This document shows, one piece after another, positions 18,464 through 26,713 of a DNA stretch of 64,000 nucleotides. The DNA comes from an uncultured Actinomycetes bacterium. Lineage in GTDB: Bacteria; Actinomycetota; UBA4738; HRBIN12. Made by a program: the position numbers and the translations under genes. The notes below the pieces were generated by a model. The model searched no databases. It was not told where the DNA came from and was given only the letters and a program-made list of their open reading frames with translations. The DNA lies in assembly GCA_963775735.1 (NCBI GenBank), contig CAVZKD010000007.1, forward strand, positions 1,174,675 through 1,238,674. Reading direction: 5' to 3'. How positions within the stretch are numbered: the first letter of the stretch is position 1; each line of letters starts with the position of its first letter.

Positions 18464-18919
18464 GTGATGCGTCGACTCCTGGTCGTGTTCGCAACCTTCG
18501 CCCTGCTCGCGTCAGCCTGCGGCGGTGAAGACGGCGAGGGGACGACCGGTGGCGCGGAGGAAACGGGGACGACCGCGGCGACGGGACCCACCGAACCCAC
18601 CGGTCCAACGGCTCCGACCGGACCCCCGGAGGATTGCGCCGACCTGACCGGCGAGGGCCCGGTCTTCACCATCGTGATGCGCGATCTGCGGTTCCACCCC
18701 GATTGCTTCATCGCGAGCCCCTCACAGAGCATCAAGGTGGTCAACAAGGACGCGGCGCTACACAGCTTCACGTTGGTGGACACACCGATCGACGTTGACA
18801 TCGAGGGGCATGAGACGTTCAACGGCGAGCCGATCGCCGAGGTCTTGGAGCCGGGGACCTACACACTCCTCTGCAGGTACCACCCCCCGATGCTCGGGGA
18901 TGTCTACGTCGTCGGATAG
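18464..18919 (+). CDS. Cupredoxin (plastocyanin/azurin-like blue copper) lipoprotein, copy 2
   Basis: 'MMRRLLVVFATFALLASACGG' (alternative ATG at 18467). The linker 'TGTTAATGPTEPTG' is the same as in copy 1. Candidate Cu ligands are 'ALHSF' and 'LLCRYHPPM'. This is a tandem paralogue of the preceding gene. Confidence 0.8.
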   Translation: MMRRLLVVFATFALLASACGGEDGEGTTGGAEETGTTAATGPTEPTGPTAPTGPPEDCADLTGEGPVFTIVMRDLRFHPDCFIASPSQSIKVVNKDAALHSFTLVDTPIDVDIEGHETFNGEPIAEVLEPGTYTLLCRYHPPMLGDVYVVG

Positions 18920-19482
18920 GCAAGCTCACGCGTTCGAGCGCATCGCCGACGCGAAGAACCTCACCTCGGCAAAGGACTGCTTCCCGTATCCGATGACTTG
19001 AACGTATACGTCGCCCTCTCGCCAAGAGAGGGACGCGGGACCCGTGTCTCGCTCGTGAGCGAGCCTGCGGTCCCTCGGACATCCGAAACCGCGGGCGAGT
19101 AGCCGAGGTCGGCGAGGCCGGCCTCGATCTGTCGATGGACGGCTTCTTCAGCCCTTTCGTTGACTTCGATCCTCGACGCTGTAGATCAGGTAGAGCCCAG
19201 ATCGGAAGATGAAGCCGAAGGTTTCGAGGCCTTCGATCCACGCTCTGAGGGCGCGATGAGCGGCGTACGGATCATCAGTTGGCAGCCGGCCCAAATGCAT
19301 CCGGGCCAGATCGACATTTCTTCGCCGGGTGACGGGTTCGGGGGCGTGTGCCAACGCAGTGAGAGCGCGCCGGGAGGACTCCGTCAGCACCAGTGGAGGG
19401 GTCAACACGAGGACGGCGATCGCGGCCGCGAACAGCTTGCCTCTTCGTCGTGGAGCGACCGCCGTTCCTCCAGGACCGACCT

Positions 19483-20364
19483 CTAGAACCCGAGACGCTG
19501 GAGGGCCTTCGGGTCGCGCTGCCACTCCTTCAGGACCTTCACGCGCAGGTCCAGGAAGACCTTGCCGTCGAGCACGAACTCCATCTCCTGGCGCGCGCGT
19601 GAGCCGATCGTCTTCAGCGTCTCGCCGCCCTTGCCGATCACGATCCCTTTCTGCGAGTCGCGCTCGACGATCAGCGACGCATGCACCTTCGTGATCGCGT
19701 CGTCCTGCTCGAGCTCGTCGACGACGACCGCGATCGAGTGCGGCACCTCTTGCCTCGTGACCGCGAGGGCCTTCTCGCGCACGATCTCGGCGAGTCGGAC
19801 CTCGAGCGGCTGGTCGGTGACGGCCTCGGCCGGGTAGTAGGCCGGACCGACCGGTAGGCGTTCGGCGAGCAGGTCGCGGAGCACACCCACCCCTCGCCCG
19901 GTCTTCGCGGAGATCGGCACGACCTCGTCCCACTCCCCGATCTCCGCCGCGGCCTGGAGCTGCGGCACCTCGTCGTGGTTCCGGAGCCTGTCGAGCTTGT
20001 TGACCGCGCAGAACTTCGGCCCCGCGACCCCGAGGACCTGCCGCTCGAAGACGAACGCGTCCCCTCGGCCGACCCCGTCCGCCGCGTCTACGACCTGCAC
20101 GATCGCGTCGACGCCCTTCGTGGCCTGACCGACGAGGTCGTTCAACCTCGAGCCGAGCAGCGTCCGCGGCTTGTGGAACCCCGGCGTGTCGGTGAACACG
20201 ATCTGGTGGTCCTCGGCGGTGAGCACGGCGCGGACGTCGCGCCGCGTGGTCTGCGGCTTGTCCGAGACGATCGCGACCTTCCGCCCGACGAGCGCGTTCA
20301 CGAGGGTGGACTTCCCGGTGTTCGGCCGGCCGACGACCGCGACGAAGCCGCTTCGGAAGCTCAT
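19483..20364 (-). CDS. era: GTPase Era
   Basis: 293 aa with G1 'GRPNTGKST', G3 'DTPG', G4 'NKLD' and KH domain 'VERDSQKGIVIGKGG'. Confidence 0.96.
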   Translation of the reverse strand: MSFRSGFVAVVGRPNTGKSTLVNALVGRKVAIVSDKPQTTRRDVRAVLTAEDHQIVFTDTPGFHKPRTLLGSRLNDLVGQATKGVDAIVQVVDAADGVGRGDAFVFERQVLGVAGPKFCAVNKLDRLRNHDEVPQLQAAAEIGEWDEVVPISAKTGRGVGVLRDLLAERLPVGPAYYPAEAVTDQPLEVRLAEIVREKALAVTRQEVPHSIAVVVDELEQDDAITKVHASLIVERDSQKGIVIGKGGETLKTIGSRARQEMEFVLDGKVFLDLRVKVLKEWQRDPKALQRLGF

Positions 20365-20386
20365 CGAGCCACCCTATCGGCCGGGC

Positions 20387-20791
20387 CTACTTGCCGAGGT
20401 TCGCGGGCCCGAACGCGTGGGGCAGGATCTCGGGCAGCGTCCACTCCGCCCGTCGGCCGCCCCGCGACACGCAGACCACGAGCATCTCGGGACCGAACTC
20501 GTTCAACACCTGCCGGCAGCCCCCGCAGGGCGGGGTCGGATCATCGCCGTCGGCCACGACCGCGACCGCCTCGAGCGAGCGATGCCCGGCGAGCACGGCG
20601 GCAGCCACCGCGTTGCGCTCGGCGCACACCGAGAGCGGGTACGAAGCGTTCTCGATGTTCGCGCCCCCGAACACCTCGCCTCCGGCGAGGATCGCGGCGC
20701 CGACGTGGAACCCGCTGTACGGGGCGTAGGCGCGGGCCCGCATCTCGCCGGCACGGGCCACCAGCTCCTCGATCCGGTCGCGGGCGCTCAT
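20387..20791 (-). CDS. cdd: Cytidine deaminase
   Basis: 134 codons from ATG 20791, which is only the C-terminal part of track ORF 20387..21856. Zinc motifs 'CAERNA' and 'PCGGCRQ' are present. The ATG overlaps the upstream stop (ATGA). Confidence 0.9.
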   Translation of the reverse strand: MSARDRIEELVARAGEMRARAYAPYSGFHVGAAILAGGEVFGGANIENASYPLSVCAERNAVAAAVLAGHRSLEAVAVVADGDDPTPPCGGCRQVLNEFGPEMLVVCVSRGGRRAEWTLPEILPHAFGPANLGK

Positions 20792-22056
20792 CCGGCGCCG
20801 ACCGGTTCCCCGTCGCCCTCGGGGATCCCCTCGCGCGTGATCAGGATCTTCGAGATCCTCCGGCCGTTGACCTGCTCGGCCGTGAACCGCAGGTGCTGGA
20901 AGGTGACCTCCTCGCCCTGGTCGGGGATCTGACCGAGCAGACCGAGCATGAGGCCGCCGACCGTGTCCCATTCCTCGTCGGGAAGCTCGACGTCCAGGAT
21001 CTCGTTCACCTCGCCGATCGACAGCTTGCCGTCGACGCGGAACCGGTCCGCCGAGACCTGCTCGATCTCGGGCTCCTCCGTGTCGTACTCGTCGGCGATC
21101 TCGCCCACGAGCTCCTCGAGCAGGTCCTCGAGCGTGACGAGCCCCGACACGCTCCCGTACTCGTCCGTCACGAGCGCGATGTGGAACTTCTCCTTCTGCA
21201 TCTCGCGCAGGAGGTCGGCGACCTTCTTCGACTCGGGGACGAAGTGCGCCTCCCGGACGATGTCGCGGAGCGGCATGTCCTGCTTGCCCTGGTGCAGGGC
21301 CTTCAGGACGTCCTTGGCGAAGACCATCCCGACCACGTCGTCCAGGTCCTCGTTGAACACGGGGATCCTGGAGTACCCGTGCTCGAGCACGAGGGCCTGC
21401 ACGTCGCGGAGCGTCTTGTCCGACTCGATCGCGACGATGTCCGGCCTGGGCACCATGACTTCGCGCACGATCGTGTCGCCGAACTCGAAGATCGAGTGGA
21501 TCAGCTCGGTTTCCTCGCGCTCGATCGAGCCCTCCTCCTGACCGATCTGGGCCATCGAGCGCAGGTCGGCCTCCGAGACGAACGGGCCTTGCTTGAGTCC
21601 GCGACCCGGCAGCAGGACGTTCGCGAGGCCGATCAATGCGCGGGTGGGCAGCTCGAGCACCCGGCCGAGGAACCACACGAGCGGCGCGACCGAGAGAGCG
21701 GCCCGGTCCGAATGCAGCACACCGAACGTCTTGCTCATCGCCTCGACGATGACGAAATACAACAGCGTGAAGATCACCGAGACGACCGTGACGCCCAGGC
21801 CGCCGTAGGCGCGTTCGGCCAGGATCGCGACGAGGATCGCCGACCCGTTCTGGCACAGCATCACCGTCAGGTAGACCGCGTTCAGGAACCGGGGCGGGTC
21901 GGCCTCGATGCGTTCGAGCGTGACGGCGTTCCGGCGTCCGTCCTCGACGAGCGCGAGCGCGCGGACGCGGGTCATCCGGGTGAGCGATGCCTCGGCGACC
22001 GCGAGGACCGACCCGAGGATCACGAGGACCCCGACGAGCACCCAGAGCCAGATCAC
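20788..22056 (-). CDS. Hemolysin-family / CNNM-type membrane protein (DUF21 + CBS pair + CorC_HlyC)
   Basis: N-terminal TM domain, a CBS region 'VREVMVPRPDIVAI...YSRIPVF...GMVFAKDVL', and the C-terminal 'FRVDGKLSIGEVNEILDVELPDEEWDTVGGLMLGLLGQIP'. The likely GTG 22056 overlaps the ybeY stop. Confidence 0.9.
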   Translation of the reverse strand: MIWLWVLVGVLVILGSVLAVAEASLTRMTRVRALALVEDGRRNAVTLERIEADPPRFLNAVYLTVMLCQNGSAILVAILAERAYGGLGVTVVSVIFTLLYFVIVEAMSKTFGVLHSDRAALSVAPLVWFLGRVLELPTRALIGLANVLLPGRGLKQGPFVSEADLRSMAQIGQEEGSIEREETELIHSIFEFGDTIVREVMVPRPDIVAIESDKTLRDVQALVLEHGYSRIPVFNEDLDDVVGMVFAKDVLKALHQGKQDMPLRDIVREAHFVPESKKVADLLREMQKEKFHIALVTDEYGSVSGLVTLEDLLEELVGEIADEYDTEEPEIEQVSADRFRVDGKLSIGEVNEILDVELPDEEWDTVGGLMLGLLGQIPDQGEEVTFQHLRFTAEQVNGRRISKILITREGIPEGDGEPVGAG

Positions 22057-22496
22057 GGGACGCGCTCGCCGCTGTAGCGCTCCTGCAGCGCCCACATCTC
22101 CGACCGCTCCGCGTCCGCTTCGTGGTCGTGTCCCAGCAGGTGCAGGATCCCGTGAACGAGCAGCAGCCGGAGCTCGGCGGCAGGATCGGCGGGGTTGTTG
22201 CGAGCGGCGACGGCGGGCGCGATCACGACATCGCCGAGCAGTCGGCGGCCGTCGCCGGCGACGTCCGCCTCATCGAGCGGGAACGACAGGACGTCCGTCG
22301 GTCCGGGTTCGTCCATGTAGCGCTCGTGCAGGTCGGCCATCTCGTCCTCGGTCACGAGCGACACCGAGAGCTCGGTGTCTGCGGCCCCCTCGCCGATCAG
22401 GCACTCACGGGCGAGGGAGACGAGGCCGTCGACGTCGATCGGCGCCGACTGTCGGTCGTCGACCAGGATCAGCGGAGGTTGGTCGTCGTCAGCCAT
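22053..22496 (-). CDS. ybeY: Endoribonuclease YbeY (rRNA maturation)
   Basis: 147 codons from ATG 22496, with '[11 protein letters not shown]' metal-binding motif. It overlaps the phoH 3' end by 8 nt. Confidence 0.9.
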   Translation of the reverse strand: MADDDQPPLILVDDRQSAPIDVDGLVSLARECLIGEGAADTELSVSLVTEDEMADLHERYMDEPGPTDVLSFPLDEADVAGDGRRLLGDVVIAPAVAARNNPADPAAELRLLLVHGILHLLGHDHEADAERSEMWALQERYSGERVP

Positions 22497-23495
22497 CGGC
22501 GCGGGCGCGCTGCTCTCCGAAGATCCGATATGCCTCCACGATGTCCTGCACGATCTTGTGCCGGACGACGTCGCGAGCACCGAGGTGCGATACCTCGATC
22601 CCGTCGATCCCCTCCAGGATCTCCTGCACGACGACGAGGCCCGAGGTCTGACCGCTCGGAAGGTCGATCTGCGTCACGTCGCCGTTCACGACGGCCTTGG
22701 AGCCGAACCCCAGCCGCGTGAGGAACATCTTCATCTGCTCGGGTGTCGTGTTCTGCGCCTCGTCCAGGATGATGAACGAATCGTTCAGCGTGCGGCCCCG
22801 CATGTACGCCAGCGGCGCGACCTCGACGGTGCCGCGCTCCATGAGCCGCGGGAGCGCGTCGGCGCCCATCATCTCGAACAGCGCGTCGTACAGCGGCTTC
22901 ATGTAGGGGTCGATCTTCTCGTAGAGCGTTCCGGGCAGGAACCCGAGGCGCTCGCCGGCTTCGACCGCGGGACGGGTCAGGATCAGCCGCGAGACCTGCT
23001 TCTCCTGGAGCGCTCGAACCGCGGTCGCGACCGCGAGGTAGGTCTTCCCGGTTCCCGGCGGGGCCGATCGCGAACGTCACGGTCGCGCTCGCGCATCGCG
23101 TCGACGTACTGCTTCTGCCCGAGCGTCTTCGGCGCGATCCCCCGCCCACGGCCGGTGAGCAGCACGTCGCCGAGTACCTGCGTCGGCGTCGCTTCCTCCC
23201 CCTTGATCAGCTCGATCGAGCGGCCGACCGACGAGAGGTTGAGCTCGTGTCCGCGCTCGAGCAGCGTGATGAGCTCCTCGAAGAGCACGCCGACACGTCC
23301 GGCCTCCGGATCGGGGCCGTTGATCGTGATCTCGTTGCCCCGGACCACGATCTCCGAATCGAAGGCAGCCTCGACGAGCTTGAGCAGTTCGTCTCGCTGA
23401 CCGAGGAGAGCGACCATGCTCTGGTCGCCGGGTACGAGGATCTTCACCTGCGTGGTGGATCTCGCCAAGCGGTCGTCTCGGGGGTGGTGCCCCAT
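22489..23495 (-). CDS. phoH: PhoH-like ATPase (two frame breaks ~30 nt apart as assembled)
   Basis: The N-terminal part is in the ORF 22983..23801 frame ('[16 protein letters not shown]...[14 protein letters not shown]'). 'VTFAIGPAG' is in the ORF 22469..23149 frame. '[12 protein letters not shown]...[23 protein letters not shown]...ILDEAQN' is in the ORF 22489..22902 frame. There is an extra c at ~23081 (gcgac-c-gtg) and an extra a at ~23052 (ccggg-a-acc), which splits Walker A GPAGTGKT. The start at 23495 ('MGHH...') is uncertain. Confidence 0.88.
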
Positions 23496-23607
23496 CCCTC
23501 CTGTTGCCGAAGGGGTCGTCAAGCGACGACCCGGAGTGCCGCGGATTCTACCGCCTGCCTCGAAGGGAGGTTCCCGATCGGGCAGGCTTCGCGGGCACAG
23601 ACCTGGA

Positions 23608-23955
23608 TCATCCGGGAGGCCAGGACATCGGCCGGCCCCCGAGCAGGTGGAAGTGCAGGTGATAGACGCTCTGGCCGGCGTCCCGGCCGACGTTCGTGAC
23701 GAGTCGCCACCCGCTCGCGTCGATGCCCTCGGCCCTCGCGAGATGCGACGCGGCCTGGAACAGGTCGGCGAGCGTCCCACCGTGGCGATCCTCGAGCTCA
23801 CGCACGTCCGTCACGTGCTCCTTCGGGATCAGCAGCACGTGGGTCGGGGCCTGTGGGTTCCCGTCGCGGAACGCGAGCACCGTGTCACCCGAGTGCACGA
23901 CGTCGGCCGGCTCCTCGCCGGCCACGATCCGACAGAACACGCAGCTCGAGCTCAC
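23608..23955 (-). CDS. HIT (histidine triad) family protein
   Basis: 115 aa with 'CVFCRIV' and 'VYHLHFHLLGG'. The ATG overlaps the dnaJ stop. Confidence 0.92.
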   Translation of the reverse strand: MSSSCVFCRIVAGEEPADVVHSGDTVLAFRDGNPQAPTHVLLIPKEHVTDVRELEDRHGGTLADLFQAASHLARAEGIDASGWRLVTNVGRDAGQSVYHLHFHLLGGRPMSWPPG

Positions 23956-25065
23956 GAGGTGCCCGATCCCGGCCGGCGTAGGGTCGACTTCGTCGAGGCC
24001 TTCCTGCCGGCCGGCTCACCACGAGCGCGCGCGAGCTCCTCGAGGAGCCGGCGCTGCTCCTTCGTCAGATCGCGCGGGGTCTCGACCGAGACCGTGAGGA
24101 ACAGATCGCCCCTTCCGCGTCGGCCGAGGTTCGGGATCCCCTTCCCCCGGAGGCGGAGCGTCGAGCCGGGGGCGACGCCGGGTTCGAGCCCGACCCGCTC
24201 GACACCGTCCAGCGTCTCCACCTCGATCTCGGCGCCGAGCGCCGCCTGCACCATCGGGACCTGGAGCACCGCGAACACGTCCTGGCCATGGCGTTCGAAG
24301 ATCTCGTCGTCGAGGACGCGAACCGAGAGGTAGAGGTCGCCGGCCGGGCCGCCCGCGCGTCCTGCGTGCCCGGCGCCGCCGATCCTGAGCTCCATCCCGT
24401 CCGACACCCCCGCGGGGAGGTCGACCGGGAGTGCGGCGCGCTCACCGATCCGCCCCCGGCCATCGCATCGCTCACACACGGAGACGATCTCCTCTCCCGT
24501 GCCCTCGCACGTCGAGCACGGGTGCGCCGTCATGACCGTGCCGAAGATGCTGCGGCGAACCTCCTGGACCTGTCCCGACCCCCCACACGTGTGGCAGCGT
24601 TGCGGCGACGTCCCCGGCGCCGAGCCGCTGCCGCCGCAGAGATCGCACCCCTGCATCCGACTGACCTCGACTTCCCGATGCACGCCGAACGCCGCCTCGC
24701 GGAACTCCAGCGTCACCTCGGCGAACAGATCCTCCCCGTGGGCCGTTCGGGTCCGCCGCCCGCCTCCACGCCGCCGACCGAACGTCCCGGTCCCGAAGAA
24801 CGCCTCGAACAGGTCGGAGATGTCGCCGAACGGCGGGCGCCATCGGGCCGCTGCTGCCGTACGCGTCGTACTGCGCGCGCTTGTCGCCGTCGGACAGGAT
24901 CTCGTACGCGGCCGCGACCTCCTTGAACCGCTCGACGGCGGCCGGATCGGCGTTCACGTCCGGGTGGTACTCGCGAGCGAGCCGCCGATAGGCCTTCCGG
25001 ATGTCCTCGGTCGACGCGTCGCGTGCGACGCCGAGGATCTCGTAGAGGTCGCGTACCGTCGCCAT
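23952..25065 (-). CDS. dnaJ: Molecular chaperone DnaJ (frame break in the G/F region as assembled)
   Basis: The J domain 'DLYEILGV...REYHPDVN' is in ORF 24472..25065. After 'YDAYGSSGP' the real frame becomes that of ORF 23952..24716 ('[18 protein letters not shown]...'). Four zinc-finger motifs follow: 'CDLCGGSG', 'CHTCGGSG', 'CSTCEGTG' and 'CERCDGRG'. The switch is at ~24840. Confidence 0.9.
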
Positions 25066-25072
25066 CGCGACC

Positions 25073-26110
25073 TCAGGCGTCGAGCTCGGTGGCGAGCTCG
25101 GACAGCCGGCGGGCGACGGCTCGCACCGAGGCCATCACGCTCACGTAGTCCATGGCCGTCGGCCCCACGACCCCGACCGTCCCGAGCGCCGTCGTGCCGG
25201 CCCGGAACGGCGCCGACACGATCGACGCCTCCCACTCGCCGGTGTGCCGGTGCTCGGTGCCGATCGTGACGTTCACGTCCTCGGTCGTGACGTCGCGGAG
25301 GACCTCGAGCATCTCGGACTCGTGCTCGAGCGCCTCGAAGAGACGTCGGACCGTCTCCCGGCGCCAGTGCGCCGCCTCGTCGGCGAGGTTCGCGACGCCG
25401 CCGATCAGGACGTGGTGGGCCCCGCCGCCGGTCTGGATGTCGCCGAACAGCTCCGCGGCGGCCAGGAACAGGTCGCGGTCCATGCCGCTCCCGGAGGCTG
25501 CGGCCTTCAACGCCTCGGTCCGAGCCTCGGGGATCGTGCGCCCGCGCAATCGGTCCGCGAGCGCGCGGTCGAGGGCGTCGAGGGCGGCCGCGTCCAGACC
25601 ATCCGGATGGTCGAGCAGCACCTTGTCGACGCGGCCCCGCTGCCCGATGACCAGCAGCATCACGGCGTTGCCGACCTCGAGCAGCTCGGTGCGCAGGATC
25701 ACCTCGTTCGAGCCCGCCGGCGGGACCGCGAGGCCCGCGTATTGGGTGACCTTCGACAGGAGCTGGGTCGTGCCCTTCAGGACCTCCTCCAGGTCGAGCA
25801 TCGTCTCCGCGAAGAAGCCGGCGATCGCGCGGCGCTGCTTGTCGCGCATGCGGCCACCGGGCGGCAGCGAGTCCACGTACTTGCGGTAGCCGGCGTCGGT
25901 CGGGATCCGGCCGGCCGAGGTGTGCGGGTGCGAGAGGTATCCCAGCTCCTCGAGGGCGGCCATCTCGTTGCGGATCGTCGCGCTCGAGACGCCGATGCCG
26001 GCCTGCTCGGCGATCGTCTCGCTCCCGACCGGCTCGCCCGTGCGCACGTATTCGTCGACGACGGCATGGAGCACCGCCACCTTCCGAGCTCCGAGCTCCG
26101 GTTCGACCAT
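25073..26110 (-). CDS. hrcA: Heat-inducible transcription repressor HrcA
   Basis: 345 aa with '[63 protein letters not shown]'. Confidence 0.96.
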   Translation of the reverse strand: MVEPELGARKVAVLHAVVDEYVRTGEPVGSETIAEQAGIGVSSATIRNEMAALEELGYLSHPHTSAGRIPTDAGYRKYVDSLPPGGRMRDKQRRAIAGFFAETMLDLEEVLKGTTQLLSKVTQYAGLAVPPAGSNEVILRTELLEVGNAVMLLVIGQRGRVDKVLLDHPDGLDAAALDALDRALADRLRGRTIPEARTEALKAAASGSGMDRDLFLAAAELFGDIQTGGGAHHVLIGGVANLADEAAHWRRETVRRLFEALEHESEMLEVLRDVTTEDVNVTIGTEHRHTGEWEASIVSAPFRAGTTALGTVGVVGPTAMDYVSVMASVRAVARRLSELATELDA

Positions 26111-26114
26111 GGCG

Positions 26115-26141
26115 TTAGCAGTCTACTCCCGAGAGTGCTAG
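26115..26141. promoter_or_regulatory. CIRCE operator (HrcA binding site)
   Basis: TTAGCAGTC-N9-GAGTGCTAG against the consensus TTAGCACTC-N9-GAGTGCTAA (one deviation per arm). It lies 4 nt upstream of the hrcA ATG, in the hrcA/ECF-sigma divergent intergenic region. Confidence 0.75.
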
Positions 26142-26203
26142 GACTCGGAACGAGCGCCATGGCAACCGTTCGCTCCGCTCGGGCGTCTAGGGTCGAGAAG
26201 CGG

Positions 26204-26713
26204 ATGAGGGTCGACGAGATCGCGCTCCGGGAGTTCCTCCACACGTCGTATCCGCGCCTGGTCGCAGCCGTCGCGCTCGTCTGCGGCAGTCGCCCGGCGG
26301 CGGAGGACGCCGTGCAGGAGGCGCTGCTCCGCGTGTGGGAGCGCTCGGAGAAGGGTGAGGAGATCCAGTCTCTGGAGGCGTGGGTGACGACGGTAGCCTT
26401 GAACCTGGCGCGGAGCGGAGTCCGCCGGCTCCGTTCGGAACGCCGGGCGAAGGCGAGACTCAGCGGGGGCACGCACCGCGGTGACCCCGCGGCCGAGGCC
26501 AGTCGGGCCATCGACGTCGAGCGCGCGCTCTCGACGCTCCCCCGCCGCCAGCGCGAAGCCGTCGTCCTCCGCTACTACCTGCAGTTCGACACGCGGGAGG
26601 TCGCGACTGCGCTCCGCATCAACGAGGGGACCGTGAAGAGCACGCTGTTCCGAGCTCGAGCCGCGCTCGGCGGAAGCATTGCGGCATCGAGGAAGCCGAG
26701 GAGGCGAAAGATC
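26204..26713 (+). CDS. ECF sigma factor (no stop codon before the next gene in this assembly)
   Basis: Part of track ORF 25244..28501. It begins 'MRVDEIALREFLHTSYPRLV' (alternative ATG at 26159). Region 2 is 'EDAVQEALLRVWE' and region 4 is 'LPRRQREAVVLRYYLQFDTREVATALRINEGTVKSTLFRARAAL'. The 3' boundary is set at the downstream GTG, and no in-frame stop exists. Confidence 0.8.

Noticed and set aside
19160-19486. 108-aa plus-strand ORF in the lower-GC gap
   Set aside because: It has no RBS, and its composition is not protein-like (Ser/Arg/Gly/Asp runs). It lies antisense to the more protein-like minus-strand fragments.
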